DNA of 64,000 nt from contig CAZDPR010000003.1 of NCBI GenBank assembly GCA_964507625.1, positions 15,101-79,100 of the forward strand, in the 5' to 3' direction. The position numbers and the translations under genes were made by a program. This document shows, piece by piece, positions 18,391 to 27,847 of this stretch (position 1 is the first letter of the stretch; every line of letters begins with the position of its first letter). The notes beneath the pieces were generated by a model, which was given only the letters and a program-made list of their open reading frames with translations, was not told the DNA's origin and did not search any database. Source of the DNA: an uncultured Candidatus Saccharibacteria bacterium (GTDB lineage: Bacteria > Patescibacteriota > Minisyncoccia > Phycocordibacterales > UBA1006).

Positions 18391-19242
18391 ATGTTCCCTA
18401 TCCAACCATTTGAAATCCCAGAACCACTGCGTCATATTCCACAATCACCTAAACAATTATCCATTCGTGGCACATTTCCTGATATGAAAAAATTCACCTT
18501 CCTGACTGTGGTCGGACCACGCAATTACACCAGCTATGGTGAGGATGTGTGTCGAACACTCATTGCAGGACTTGCAGGATACCCTATTGTGATTGTGTCA
18601 GGACTCGCACATGGAATTGATCGGATTGCGCACGAATCCGCGCTGGATAATAATCTCATCACCGTTGCGTTCCCTGGATCAGGACTTGATGATAATGCTC
18701 TCTACCCAAAAACAAATTTTAACCTGGCCATGCGAATACTGGAATCTGGTGGAGCGCTCGTTTCTGAATTCAAAGACAACGAAGGCGGTCTCACCTGGAT
18801 GTTCCCTACTCGTAATCGACTAATGGCAGGATTATCGGTTGCAACACTCGTAATCGAGGCAGAACATAAATCAGGTACCCGTATCACTGCACGACTGGCA
18901 ACGGAATATAATCGGGATGTACTGGCAGTACCAGGAAATATTTTTTCCAAAAATTCAGAAGGAACGAATGAATTAATTAGACTCGGCGCAACACCAATCA
19001 CCTGTGCGAACGATATCCTGGAAGCACTGGGATTCCACATTACCGAAACCGCCCCAATGGATTTATTTTCACAATGTAGCCCAGAAGAACAATCAGTCAT
19101 TGAATTACTCAATACTCCAAAAATGAAGGGGGATCTGATCCGTGAAATGGGCATCCCTGTCCACAAGGCAAACATTCTGCTGTCACAAATGGAATTGAAT
19201 GGATTGATTAAAGATGTTGGTGGTGAGATACGGAGAACTTGA
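18391..19242 (+). CDS. dprA: DNA processing protein DprA (Smf)
   Basis: GLAHGIDRIAHESAL and VPGNI motifs; C-terminal winged helix. Confidence 0.85.
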   Translation: MFPIQPFEIPEPLRHIPQSPKQLSIRGTFPDMKKFTFLTVVGPRNYTSYGEDVCRTLIAGLAGYPIVIVSGLAHGIDRIAHESALDNNLITVAFPGSGLDDNALYPKTNFNLAMRILESGGALVSEFKDNEGGLTWMFPTRNRLMAGLSVATLVIEAEHKSGTRITARLATEYNRDVLAVPGNIFSKNSEGTNELIRLGATPITCANDILEALGFHITETAPMDLFSQCSPEEQSVIELLNTPKMKGDLIREMGIPVHKANILLSQMELNGLIKDVGGEIRRT

Positions 19243-19289
19243 CAAATATTTTTGTATATGCTAATATATTTTAAATAAAATCAAATACC

Positions 19290-19550
19290 ATGAAATTAAA
19301 AGCAAGAGATCCTTTGAAAATCTTATTCATAGGAAGAAGAAATTTTGAATTCCCAAATCAATTCAAGAATGGAGAATCTCATATTGGACCCTTACAAGAA
19401 GATTTTACCCATTTTGGAAATTCTATTAAAGTAGGAAATTTTCAAACAGACGCAGTTCTCTATCTCACACCTACAAATGACAGGAGGTTAATAGTAGAGA
19501 CTGAAACATCTTATTTTTTACTTGAGTCCGTACAGGATTGTGAAAAATAG
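19290..19550 (+). CDS. Hypothetical protein (86 aa) inserted between dprA and topA
   Basis: ORF only. Confidence 0.35.
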   Translation: MKLKARDPLKILFIGRRNFEFPNQFKNGESHIGPLQEDFTHFGNSIKVGNFQTDAVLYLTPTNDRRLIVETETSYFLLESVQDCEK

Positions 19551-19648
19551 ACACCAAACTACCGCAAGGTAGTTTTATTAAATTTGCCAAACTTGCCTCT
19601 TTCGTGGTATGTAGTAAAACATTACTCAATCTAAGGTTGTACTATTCT

Positions 19649-22102
19649 ATGAAACTATTAATTGTCGAATCCCCAAGTAAAGCAAAAACTATTGAAAAAT
19701 ACTTGGACGGAAAATACACCGTCCGTGCATCAATCGGACATGTGCGTGATTTACCAAAAACCAATCGTGATGCAATTGATATCCCTGGTGGATTTATTCC
19801 CCGTTATGAAATTTCTGCGGGTAAAGGAAAAGTTATTTCTGAATTACAATCTCTTGCCAAACGCGCTGACGAAGTCATTCTTTCTCCTGATCCCGACCGT
19901 GAAGGTGAAGCTATTGCGTGGCATTTACAGGAACTCCTCCATGATGCAAAAATTACCGCACCGATTAAACGGGTTACCTTTAACGAAATCACTAAAGACG
20001 CGGTTATCGAGGCACTCAATCACCCTCGCGATGTTGATCGTAAATTAGTAGCAGCACAGGAAGCCCGTCGAGTACTGGATCGATTGGTGGGATATGATTT
20101 ATCAGGACTCATCTGGAAAAAGGTACGCTATGGGTTATCAGCAGGACGCGTACAATCCCCTGCGCTCCGTATTATTATGGAACGTGAACGGGAAATTCGC
20201 GCATTCGTCCCAGAAACATATTGGACAATCCAAGGTAATTTTTCTGCAGGAAAAGAAACATTCCCATTAACTTGTACCGAAGAACCTCGTGATATCAATG
20301 AAGTCAAAAGAATACTCGACCTTACCAAAAAACAACCTTGGTCAATTACTGATATCAAAACCAGTGAACAAAAAAGATCTCCTCGCGCACCGTTTACCAC
20401 ATCAACATTACAACAAACCGCTTCCACTCGATTAGGACTTTCTCCTTCACGTACGATGCAATTAGCGCAAAAATTATACGAAGCCGGACACATTACCTAT
20501 ATGCGTACGGATAGTACAAACCTAAGTAAACAAGCCCAAGGGCAGATTCTCCATTTTGTAGAAAAAGAACTCGGGAAAGAATTTGTACAACCACGCACCT
20601 ATGCAACAAAATCAAAAAACGCACAAGAAGCCCACGAAGCAATTCGTCCATCATCAATAGCTAAAAAAATAGCCGGAGCAAACCCAGCAGAACAATCGCT
20701 ATATAAAATAATTTGGGAACGTACGGTTGCATCACAAATGGCAGACGCGACACTATTGAAAACAAAACTGGTAGCAAACATTGATACAAAAAACATTCCC
20801 GATTTTACTGCAAACGGATCCAGAATTATTTTCCCTGGATGGTTAACGGTTGATACGGGTGCCCGTGGTGAAGACGTAGAGTTGCCAAAATTATCCGTCG
20901 GACAAACTATTCAATTAATTGATATTACCGAAACAGAAAAAGCAACCCAACCACCTAATCGATATAGTGAAGCAGGACTCATCAAAGAATTAGAAGAACG
21001 AGGTATCGGCCGACCATCTACCTATGCATCTATTATGCGAACGTTGGAAGATCGTGAATATGTACGCAAGGAAGGCAGGACCCTGTTCCCAACCGATACT
21101 GGGGATGTTGTTTCTAGTTTCTTGGAACATAATTTCCCAACCTATATTAGTGATACATTCACCGCAGAAATGGAAAATGAACTGGATGATATCGCAAATG
21201 GTAAACGAGACTATACCAAAACCCTTGCTGATTTTTATACCCCATTTTCTGCAGAAGTTGCAGAAAAAGATAAACTTGCGAAAGCAACTCACCTGGGTGA
21301 TGCGGAATCACATCTTATTTGTCCAAAATGTGGTGCATCTATGATGATTAAACTGGGTCGCACCGGTAAATTCCTATCATGTACTCGATACCCACAGTGT
21401 GATGGAGCACTGACTATGGACGGTACCGAAATTGGAAAAGAAAAACCATTAGGATATCACCCAAAAACCAACGATCCAATTTATGTATTATCAGGACGAT
21501 TTGGTGCATATGTACAACAAGGTGACGCACCAGAGGTTCCAAAACTCACTAAATTCCCCAAGGGTCATAAAAAAACTGACGCCGACAAAGAATTAATAAA
21601 ACAAGAAAAAGAATCCATAGCGCAAGCAAAATTACTCCCGCAACCGCGCCGTGCATCATTACCTGCACGAATGAAACCTGCTGATGTAACACTCGACATT
21701 GCACTCAAATTATTGGAACTCCCACGGGAATTAGGAAACGACCCAACGACCGGAGAACCTATCATTGCCAATATTGGGAAATTTGGTCCCTACGTAGGAC
21801 GAGGACGAGAATTCAGATCACTCAAAAAAGGATTTGATCCGTATACCATAACACTCGACGAAGCAATTACAATTATTAATACTCCAAAACAATTACCTAA
21901 AGGAACAGAACTAGTAACGACATTCATTCATCCAAAAAGTAAGAAGGAAATGCAGGTATTAAAATCAAAATCAGGAACATTTATCAAATCAGGATTAAAA
22001 CGAATCTATCTACCTGATAATTTTGATATCACAAATGCAACTGCAGATGAGTTCGCCGCGTTGTTAAGCACTGAAACAGTAAAGAAAAAAGGTGGAAAAT
22101 AA
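19649..22102 (+). CDS. topA: DNA topoisomerase I
   Basis: MKLLIVESPSKAKTIEKYL Toprim N-terminus; catalytic Tyr region; C-terminal zinc ribbon CPKCG...CTRYPQC. Confidence 0.9.
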   Translation: MKLLIVESPSKAKTIEKYLDGKYTVRASIGHVRDLPKTNRDAIDIPGGFIPRYEISAGKGKVISELQSLAKRADEVILSPDPDREGEAIAWHLQELLHDAKITAPIKRVTFNEITKDAVIEALNHPRDVDRKLVAAQEARRVLDRLVGYDLSGLIWKKVRYGLSAGRVQSPALRIIMEREREIRAFVPETYWTIQGNFSAGKETFPLTCTEEPRDINEVKRILDLTKKQPWSITDIKTSEQKRSPRAPFTTSTLQQTASTRLGLSPSRTMQLAQKLYEAGHITYMRTDSTNLSKQAQGQILHFVEKELGKEFVQPRTYATKSKNAQEAHEAIRPSSIAKKIAGANPAEQSLYKIIWERTVASQMADATLLKTKLVANIDTKNIPDFTANGSRIIFPGWLTVDTGARGEDVELPKLSVGQTIQLIDITETEKATQPPNRYSEAGLIKELEERGIGRPSTYASIMRTLEDREYVRKEGRTLFPTDTGDVVSSFLEHNFPTYISDTFTAEMENELDDIANGKRDYTKTLADFYTPFSAEVAEKDKLAKATHLGDAESHLICPKCGASMMIKLGRTGKFLSCTRYPQCDGALTMDGTEIGKEKPLGYHPKTNDPIYVLSGRFGAYVQQGDAPEVPKLTKFPKGHKKTDADKELIKQEKESIAQAKLLPQPRRASLPARMKPADVTLDIALKLLELPRELGNDPTTGEPIIANIGKFGPYVGRGREFRSLKKGFDPYTITLDEAITIINTPKQLPKGTELVTTFIHPKSKKEMQVLKSKSGTFIKSGLKRIYLPDNFDITNATADEFAALLSTETVKKKGGK

Positions 22103-22135
22103 AAAAGAGCCCGTGCATAGCACGAGCTTTTTATT
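22102..22135 (+). terminator. Rho-independent terminator after topA
   Basis: gagcccgtgcatagcacgagcttttt. Confidence 0.6.
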
Positions 22136-22153
22136 TAAAAAATTAATTTATAT

Positions 22154-22516
22154 TTATAAAAGTTCCGGTTCAAGTCGAACAAATGCAGACTCAAGCCCTC
22201 CGAAAAGGGCATCAATGTCATGCTTTGAACATGTTGAAACTTTTGTTCCAGCATATTCAAACGACATTTCGCCATTTTCAAATATAACATTTTTGAAACC
22301 ATATTTCTGCAAAAATTGCAGAATAGTTTCTTTCTTTTGCTCCCATGGAAGATTAAGAAAATCTCGGGAATAGTTTTGAAAATGTTGTATCGAACTATAA
22401 TACTTCGATAGTTTTTCAAACCATTGTTGACATAGATCGTTAGTTTTAACTGACTTAGTCTCAACCTGATTTACTCTCACAGGTTTTGCACCAATTACTT
22501 TTATTCTTCCTCTCAT
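22154..22516 (-). CDS. Hypothetical protein (120 aa)
   Basis: Driven by a consensus promoter (feature 22543-22570). Confidence 0.45.
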   Translation of the reverse strand: MRGRIKVIGAKPVRVNQVETKSVKTNDLCQQWFEKLSKYYSSIQHFQNYSRDFLNLPWEQKKETILQFLQKYGFKNVIFENGEMSFEYAGTKVSTCSKHDIDALFGGLESAFVRLEPELL

Positions 22517-22542
22517 TGTATGAATTTTAAATGTTCTAAATA

Positions 22543-22570
22543 ATTATATCACAATATAAATTATTGTCAA
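22543..22570 (-). promoter_or_regulatory. Consensus sigma70 promoter TTGACA-16-TGaTATAAT (extended -10) for the 22154..22516 gene
   Basis: On the minus strand the -35 is at 22570-22565 and the -10 at 22548-22543. TTATCCACAG (a DnaA-box consensus) lies immediately upstream at 22577-22585. Confidence 0.6.
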
Positions 22571-22615
22571 CATATCTGTGGATAACTAAAAAACGCCTTG
22601 TAATCAAAGCGTTTT

Positions 22616-23725
22616 TTAGATCTTAAATTCTATAACATCTCCATCTTTTACAATGTATTCCTTCCCTTCTGTTCGCACTAACCCTCTCCCTTTTGCTTCA
22701 CCAAAAGATCCAGCATCCAATAACTCTTTCCAAAAAATAACTTCAGCACGGATGAATTTGGTTTGGAAATCAGTGTGAATTGCCGCGGCCGCAACAGGAG
22801 CCGTTGAACCGTCTTTGATTGTCCATGCGCGGGTTTCTTTTTCACCAGTTGTAAAATACGTCGCAAGTCCGAGGAGTTTATATGATTTTTTAATCAATGT
22901 ATCTACTCCGTCATCTGCATGTCCAATTTCTGCACGCATCATTTCTTTATCATCACCTTCAAATTCAGATAATTCTTGTTCAATTTTTGCATCTAATACT
23001 ACCCACTCTGAACCATAACTTTCAATTTCCTGACAAATCTGAGCGAATTTTCCTGGATCAGTTTCATCGAGATTTTTACCTCCTGTTCGTTTATTCAAAC
23101 CATAAATAAATTTTTTCAAAGTAAGCAAATTCAATTGCTTGGCAACTTTTTGTTCTTCATCATTCAGCACAACACTGTTTGCCATTTTTTCTGCAGAAAG
23201 TGCTTCAAAAAATTTTTTTGCAACTGATTCTTCAAACATTGCTACTTTATCGCCTCGTTTTACATCACGCTGTAAATTAGCAATTCTTTTTTCTACAGTT
23301 TCCAAATCTGCCAAAATTAATTCCATATTAATCACCTTGATATCTCGCAATGGATCAATTTCACCATACACATGATTAATAGATTCTTTGCCATCTGCTA
23401 CTGCAAAAATCCGCACCATTTCAAGTATGGCATCTACCTCACGGATATGGGCAAGGAATTTATTTCCCAACCCTTCACCTTTACTGGCACCTGCTACCAA
23501 TCCTGCAATATCTACGAATTCAATGGCTGCGGGAATTGTTTTTTGAGTATTTGAAAAAGCGGCAAGTGCATATAATCGTTCATCAGGAACAGAAACAATA
23601 CCGACTGATGGATCGATAGTACAAAATGGATAATTTTCTGCTGGTACACACTTTTTGGTAAGCGCATTAAACAAGGTGGATTTTCCAACATTAGGAAGAC
23701 CTACAATTCCGATTGAGAGTGACAT
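22616..23725 (-). CDS. ychF: Ribosome-binding ATPase YchF (Obg-family GTPase)
   Basis: GIVGLPNVGKSTLFNALT; C-terminal TGS domain. Confidence 0.9.
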   Translation of the reverse strand: MSLSIGIVGLPNVGKSTLFNALTKKCVPAENYPFCTIDPSVGIVSVPDERLYALAAFSNTQKTIPAAIEFVDIAGLVAGASKGEGLGNKFLAHIREVDAILEMVRIFAVADGKESINHVYGEIDPLRDIKVINMELILADLETVEKRIANLQRDVKRGDKVAMFEESVAKKFFEALSAEKMANSVVLNDEEQKVAKQLNLLTLKKFIYGLNKRTGGKNLDETDPGKFAQICQEIESYGSEWVVLDAKIEQELSEFEGDDKEMMRAEIGHADDGVDTLIKKSYKLLGLATYFTTGEKETRAWTIKDGSTAPVAAAAIHTDFQTKFIRAEVIFWKELLDAGSFGEAKGRGLVRTEGKEYIVKDGDVIEFKI

Positions 23726-23783
23726 ATGGTTGGTACTGTACGCTATTTTTATCAAAATTTCAAGTAAAAATAACCCTTCCGGG

Positions 23784-24038
23784 TTATTTTTGTGTCATAA
23801 TTTTCTGTAATTCTGCCTGATGTTCACGCATAACTGTCATCATCGCTGCCTGTTCACTGATTCCTTGTTTTTTCTTGGCTTCTACTTCGTTTTGAATCTT
23901 TTTAAAGAAATCTGGGTTTTTCTGCACTACTTCTAATATCATATCAATTTGTTCATCAGTAACCCCCATTCCTTTTAATTTTGAACCAAGCATTTTTTTA
24001 AGAATAAATTTTTGAAACATATATCGATATAGTATCAC
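23784..24038 (-). CDS. Hypothetical small protein (84 aa)
   Basis: ORF; KKMLGSKLKGMGVTDEQIDMILEVVQKNPDFFKK. Confidence 0.35.
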   Translation of the reverse strand: MILYRYMFQKFILKKMLGSKLKGMGVTDEQIDMILEVVQKNPDFFKKIQNEVEAKKKQGISEQAAMMTVMREHQAELQKIMTQK

Positions 24039-24130
24039 AAAACCACAAATTCAAAAACTTGACAATATCCTCAATATTTACTAATATTTGAAATAAGACA
24101 ACATTGTCCCTCATTTTAAAACTTACAACC

Positions 24131-24274
24131 ATGGAACAATTAGTTGAATTTTTGTTTCAAAAAGAAACATTAGAAGCTTTCCTTAAATTCGCTCTCGCAT
24201 GCGGATCAGCAATGATCCTCGGCGGGAAAATAAAAAACAGAAAACATACAAAGTATGAATCGGAACAATAAAAC
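24131..24274 (+). CDS. Candidate small ORF (47 aa, one hydrophobic segment)
   Basis: Promoter TTGACA(24058-24063)-17-TAATAT, then ORF MEQLVEFLFQKETLEAFLKFALACGSAMILGGKIKNRKHTKYESEQ, then terminator hairpin CCGCGAgcaaTCGCGG + T7. Confidence 0.3.
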
Positions 24275-24316
24275 ATCCGCGAGCAATCGCGGTTTTTTTA
24301 TGTTAGGATAGTACTG

Positions 24317-24895
24317 ATGAAAAAATTTACCACCCTCCATGAACTTCATGCTCATTTTCACACAGTCAATACTTGCAGTTTAAAAGCAGATGCAAATCCT
24401 GTGTTTGGTGACGGAAATCCAGAATCAGCTATTGTATTCATCGGTGAAGCCCCTGGGAAAAAGGAGAACGAAACAGGAAAACCATTTATGGGTGCAGCAG
24501 GAAAATTTTTAAATGAAATGCTTGCCAGTATTAAACTGAACCGTGATGATATTTATATTACCAATATTGTAAAATATCGCCCACCCAATAATCGTGATCC
24601 AAAACCTGATGAAAAAGAATCGTGTGCGGATTGGCTCCGTGCAGAAATTACCTTTATCCAACCAAAACTCATTGTGTTTTTAGGGAGACATTCCATGAAC
24701 CATTTTTTCCCCGATTTAGTAATATCAGAAACTCACGGGAAACTCATCCATCAAACAATTCCAGACTTTCCTTGTGATTATTTCCTCCCATTCTATCACC
24801 CAGCAGCAGCGCTCTATAATGGAGGACTCCGCACGGAACTGATAAAAGATTTTAAAAAAATTCCCAAAATACTACAAAAAATAAAAAACGCATGA
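24317..24895 (+). CDS. udg: Family 4 uracil-DNA glycosylase
   Basis: GEAPG, FMGAAGKFLNEML and YHPAAALY motifs. Confidence 0.8.
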   Translation: MKKFTTLHELHAHFHTVNTCSLKADANPVFGDGNPESAIVFIGEAPGKKENETGKPFMGAAGKFLNEMLASIKLNRDDIYITNIVKYRPPNNRDPKPDEKESCADWLRAEITFIQPKLIVFLGRHSMNHFFPDLVISETHGKLIHQTIPDFPCDYFLPFYHPAAALYNGGLRTELIKDFKKIPKILQKIKNA

Positions 24896-24907
24896 TGCGT
24901 TTTTTAT
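24883..24907. terminator. Bidirectional terminator (AACGCA-tga-TGCGTT) between udg and the NDH-2 gene
   Basis: The stop codon lies inside the loop; A and T runs on either side. Confidence 0.7.
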
Positions 24908-26091
24908 TTAAATGGATTCAATCGAATCACTTTTGATAACGGGAGAATAGAAATAAAATATTTAAGATCGATAATTTTCCGTAACCATGACGATAATTTT
25001 CCAGCAATGACTATACCACCTACCGCAGTAATAGACCATCCATGACCAACACCGATATTGTATGCAACAGGTTTGGGTTGATATGATTGGTATGACTTCC
25101 CTAATATTTTTTGTGTGATTACATAGGCAACATAATTACCATTATGAATAGCAGTCTGTGCTAATCCTGAATATTCCGTATCAGCAATATCTCCGATAAA
25201 AAAACAATTTTCTTGATCTTTTGCTTCGAGGTATTCATTAACTTGAACACGACTTTTCTTTTGCAGAATAATATTTGAAGTTTGATTTACTAATTCATTA
25301 CTGACTGTTCCTGCTGTCCAGATCAATGTTTTTGCACCTAGTGTCATATCAGCCAACGCCACGGTCCATGAACCCTGCTTTAATAATTGACGATTACATA
25401 AAATATTTACCCCTAATTGGCGTAATCGTTTGGTAGCAAGTTGTTGCACTTTTTCTGGCATCATAGGTAATATACGCCCTGCCCCTTCAATAATATCAAC
25501 CGTTACTAATGATTCATCCAGCTTATGTTCTTTACATAAATGTTTTGCATATACTGCAAGTTCTCCTGCTAAATCTACCCCGTTTGGTCCAGCACCTACA
25601 ACAACAAAATGAAGCCCTACCACACAATCTGCAACATCTCCATTATCACAATGTTTTGCAAATAAAGTTTGAATGTGAGTTCGTAATCGTTCTGCGTGGG
25701 TAGTATTTTGAAATGGAAACGACATATCTGCTAATCCTTGAATTCCAAAAAAGTTTGATTCTGAACCAACTGCCATTATCAAATAATCTGCTTGCATTGT
25801 TTCACCAGACGCAAGAGTGATTGTTTTTGTGCTTGTATCGCACCCTATTACTTTTTCTATGACTAACTGCACTTTATGATTTGAAAAAATATCCTCTAAA
25901 GGAATACGATGATAAGATACTGGACCTTTGATAGATAAGTACCCATGGAGTGCGGGATAATATTCAAAAGATGACCGGTCTGAAATAAGTATAATTTCAA
26001 TTCCCAGCTTTTTAGATCGTTTAGATAATTGAAGCGCAGTTTGTATTCCTGCAAATCCTCCACCCACAATAATCACTTTTTTTGTCTGCAT
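24904..26091 (-). CDS. ndh: FAD-dependent NADH dehydrogenase (NDH-2-like pyridine nucleotide-disulfide oxidoreductase)
   Basis: VIIVGGGFAG and GAGPNGVDLAGEL dinucleotide-binding motifs. Confidence 0.7.
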   Translation of the reverse strand: MQTKKVIIVGGGFAGIQTALQLSKRSKKLGIEIILISDRSSFEYYPALHGYLSIKGPVSYHRIPLEDIFSNHKVQLVIEKVIGCDTSTKTITLASGETMQADYLIMAVGSESNFFGIQGLADMSFPFQNTTHAERLRTHIQTLFAKHCDNGDVADCVVGLHFVVVGAGPNGVDLAGELAVYAKHLCKEHKLDESLVTVDIIEGAGRILPMMPEKVQQLATKRLRQLGVNILCNRQLLKQGSWTVALADMTLGAKTLIWTAGTVSNELVNQTSNIILQKKSRVQVNEYLEAKDQENCFFIGDIADTEYSGLAQTAIHNGNYVAYVITQKILGKSYQSYQPKPVAYNIGVGHGWSITAVGGIVIAGKLSSWLRKIIDLKYFISILPLSKVIRLNPFK

Positions 26092-26145
26092 ATAGAAAAA
26101 AGTATACCATACTTTATGTAAAAAATAGGAAGAATATGATAGAAT

Positions 26146-26736
26146 ATGATTATCCCTCTACCGAGTAAGATTTTTGATTCTTATTCGTCTTTATCTATGA
26201 ACCGTTCTTATGATGAAAATGCTTTTATAAAGCTCTATAATGACCATTCTGACGAAATATTTCGTTATTGTTATATTCGTATTAAAGATCGAAATAAAGC
26301 ACTTGACATAACTCAGGATGTATTTTTTAAACTTTGGAATGAATATCGTAAAAACCCGAAGAGGTTTTTTGAAAAAACGAGCATGAAAGCGTTTATGTTT
26401 CGAGTAACTCGCAATACACTGATTGATGCTACGAGAAAAAAACAATCTATTCCGTTTTCCTCATTTATGGATTCTGAATCAGAATCATCTGTAGAACCGG
26501 TCATTGTAACCACTCCACAACAACAACCAGAAGCAAAATACGCAGTCCAAGAATTCATTGAATACCTTGAATTACTGGATGCTCATCATAAAGAAATTCT
26601 TATATATCGATATATTAATGAATATACTATCCCAGAAATTGCAGATATATTGCAAATTTCAGAAAATGCAACTTCGGTGAGAATCCACCGAGCGGTCGAA
26701 CATGCCCGTAATAAACTCAAAGAATTTTATGAATAA
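26146..26736 (+). CDS. ECF-type RNA polymerase sigma factor (sigma-70 regions 2 and 4)
   Basis: Region 2 DITQDVFFKLW; region 4 YTIPEIADILQISENATSVRIHRA. Confidence 0.8.
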   Translation: MIIPLPSKIFDSYSSLSMNRSYDENAFIKLYNDHSDEIFRYCYIRIKDRNKALDITQDVFFKLWNEYRKNPKRFFEKTSMKAFMFRVTRNTLIDATRKKQSIPFSSFMDSESESSVEPVIVTTPQQQPEAKYAVQEFIEYLELLDAHHKEILIYRYINEYTIPEIADILQISENATSVRIHRAVEHARNKLKEFYE

Positions 26737-27814
26737 TATTTTTGAAAAACTTTTTTCTCTTGGTAAAAACATTAGGATGACTGAATCAGAAAAAAACAAG
26801 ATTCGTCATAACCTTGTAGTACATATGAATCATCGTCCTGTACAAACACCAAGTATCTATTTTTTCCGAACTGCAATTATCGGAGCTTTTGCAATGCTTC
26901 TTTTTATTAGTTCTGGAACCACTATGGTAGCATCAGCACAAAAATCACTCCCTGGGGAATTTCTCTACCCTCTCAAGCGAGCAAGTGAATCAGTAAAAAA
27001 AATCACTCTCAGTAGTGCAATAGAAAAAGCAGATTACGAAATTGAACTCATTGAAAAACGTTTTGCAGAAGCAAATACTCTTCTCCAAGAAAAAAAACTT
27101 GATCCAAAAATTGAAACCATGATTAGTAATTCAATTAAAGACCACAGTAAAAACCTTGAGAAAGAAACAATAAAATTAACATCGATTAACCCTGCAGAAG
27201 CATTTGCACTCAATACTCGATTACAGGGGCTTCTCGAAACACAAACCAATGAACTATTAGCGGTAGCAACTCTGACAAATAATAGTAGTGATATCATGAC
27301 ATTATCAGATCCAGTAAAACCAACACTACTTGCACTTGCAACCTATGAAGAATCGCAAAAAGTAATTGAAAAACAAAAGAAAATAGAAGAAGTAATTTTA
27401 GTCGACGCAACCAGTAGTACTCAGTCATTAGCTGAAGAAAAATATACTGCAATCCTTGCTCGTGTAGATCAGTATCCAGATTTATTCACAATTTCGAATA
27501 CGTTCAAGTCTAAAATGATAGATACTTCTTCGACAGTATCCCTATTTTCTACAGATCCTGTAATCCTCTCTAAAGAAATACACACCTCAGTTCCATCTAT
27601 AAATACACTATCTTCTGATATTTCGAGAGAAGTAACAGTAACACTCCCAGATTTATTAGAACAAATAAAACAAGCATATACTGAAAAACAATATGGAAAA
27701 ATTATCATTCTTGCAAATGATATTGAAAAACAGATCAGTGAAACAGTAAAGAAAATACCGTCCGTAGTAGAGCCAATTTCTGTAATCACCCCCGAAACAC
27801 CATTATTACCATAG
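26729..27814 (+). CDS. Membrane-anchored anti-sigma-factor-like protein (translationally coupled to the ECF sigma)
   Basis: Its ATG overlaps the sigma stop codon (ATGAATAA). Cytoplasmic N-terminus, one TM helix, and a long extracytoplasmic coiled/low-complexity domain. Confidence 0.35.
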   Translation: MNNIFEKLFSLGKNIRMTESEKNKIRHNLVVHMNHRPVQTPSIYFFRTAIIGAFAMLLFISSGTTMVASAQKSLPGEFLYPLKRASESVKKITLSSAIEKADYEIELIEKRFAEANTLLQEKKLDPKIETMISNSIKDHSKNLEKETIKLTSINPAEAFALNTRLQGLLETQTNELLAVATLTNNSSDIMTLSDPVKPTLLALATYEESQKVIEKQKKIEEVILVDATSSTQSLAEEKYTAILARVDQYPDLFTISNTFKSKMIDTSSTVSLFSTDPVILSKEIHTSVPSINTLSSDISREVTVTLPDLLEQIKQAYTEKQYGKIIILANDIEKQISETVKKIPSVVEPISVITPETPLLP

Positions 27815-27847
27815 TTAAGAAAAGCTGTTCTCTAACAGCTTTTCTTT

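Noticed and set aside
19662-21771. Multiple ORFs on both strands inside topA (19662-20048 +, 19804-20019 -, 20128-20493 -, 20599-20796 -, 20990-21292 -, 21024-21344 +, 21565-21771 -)
   Set aside because: All are embedded in or antisense to the intact 818-aa topA reading frame. No independent evidence supports them.
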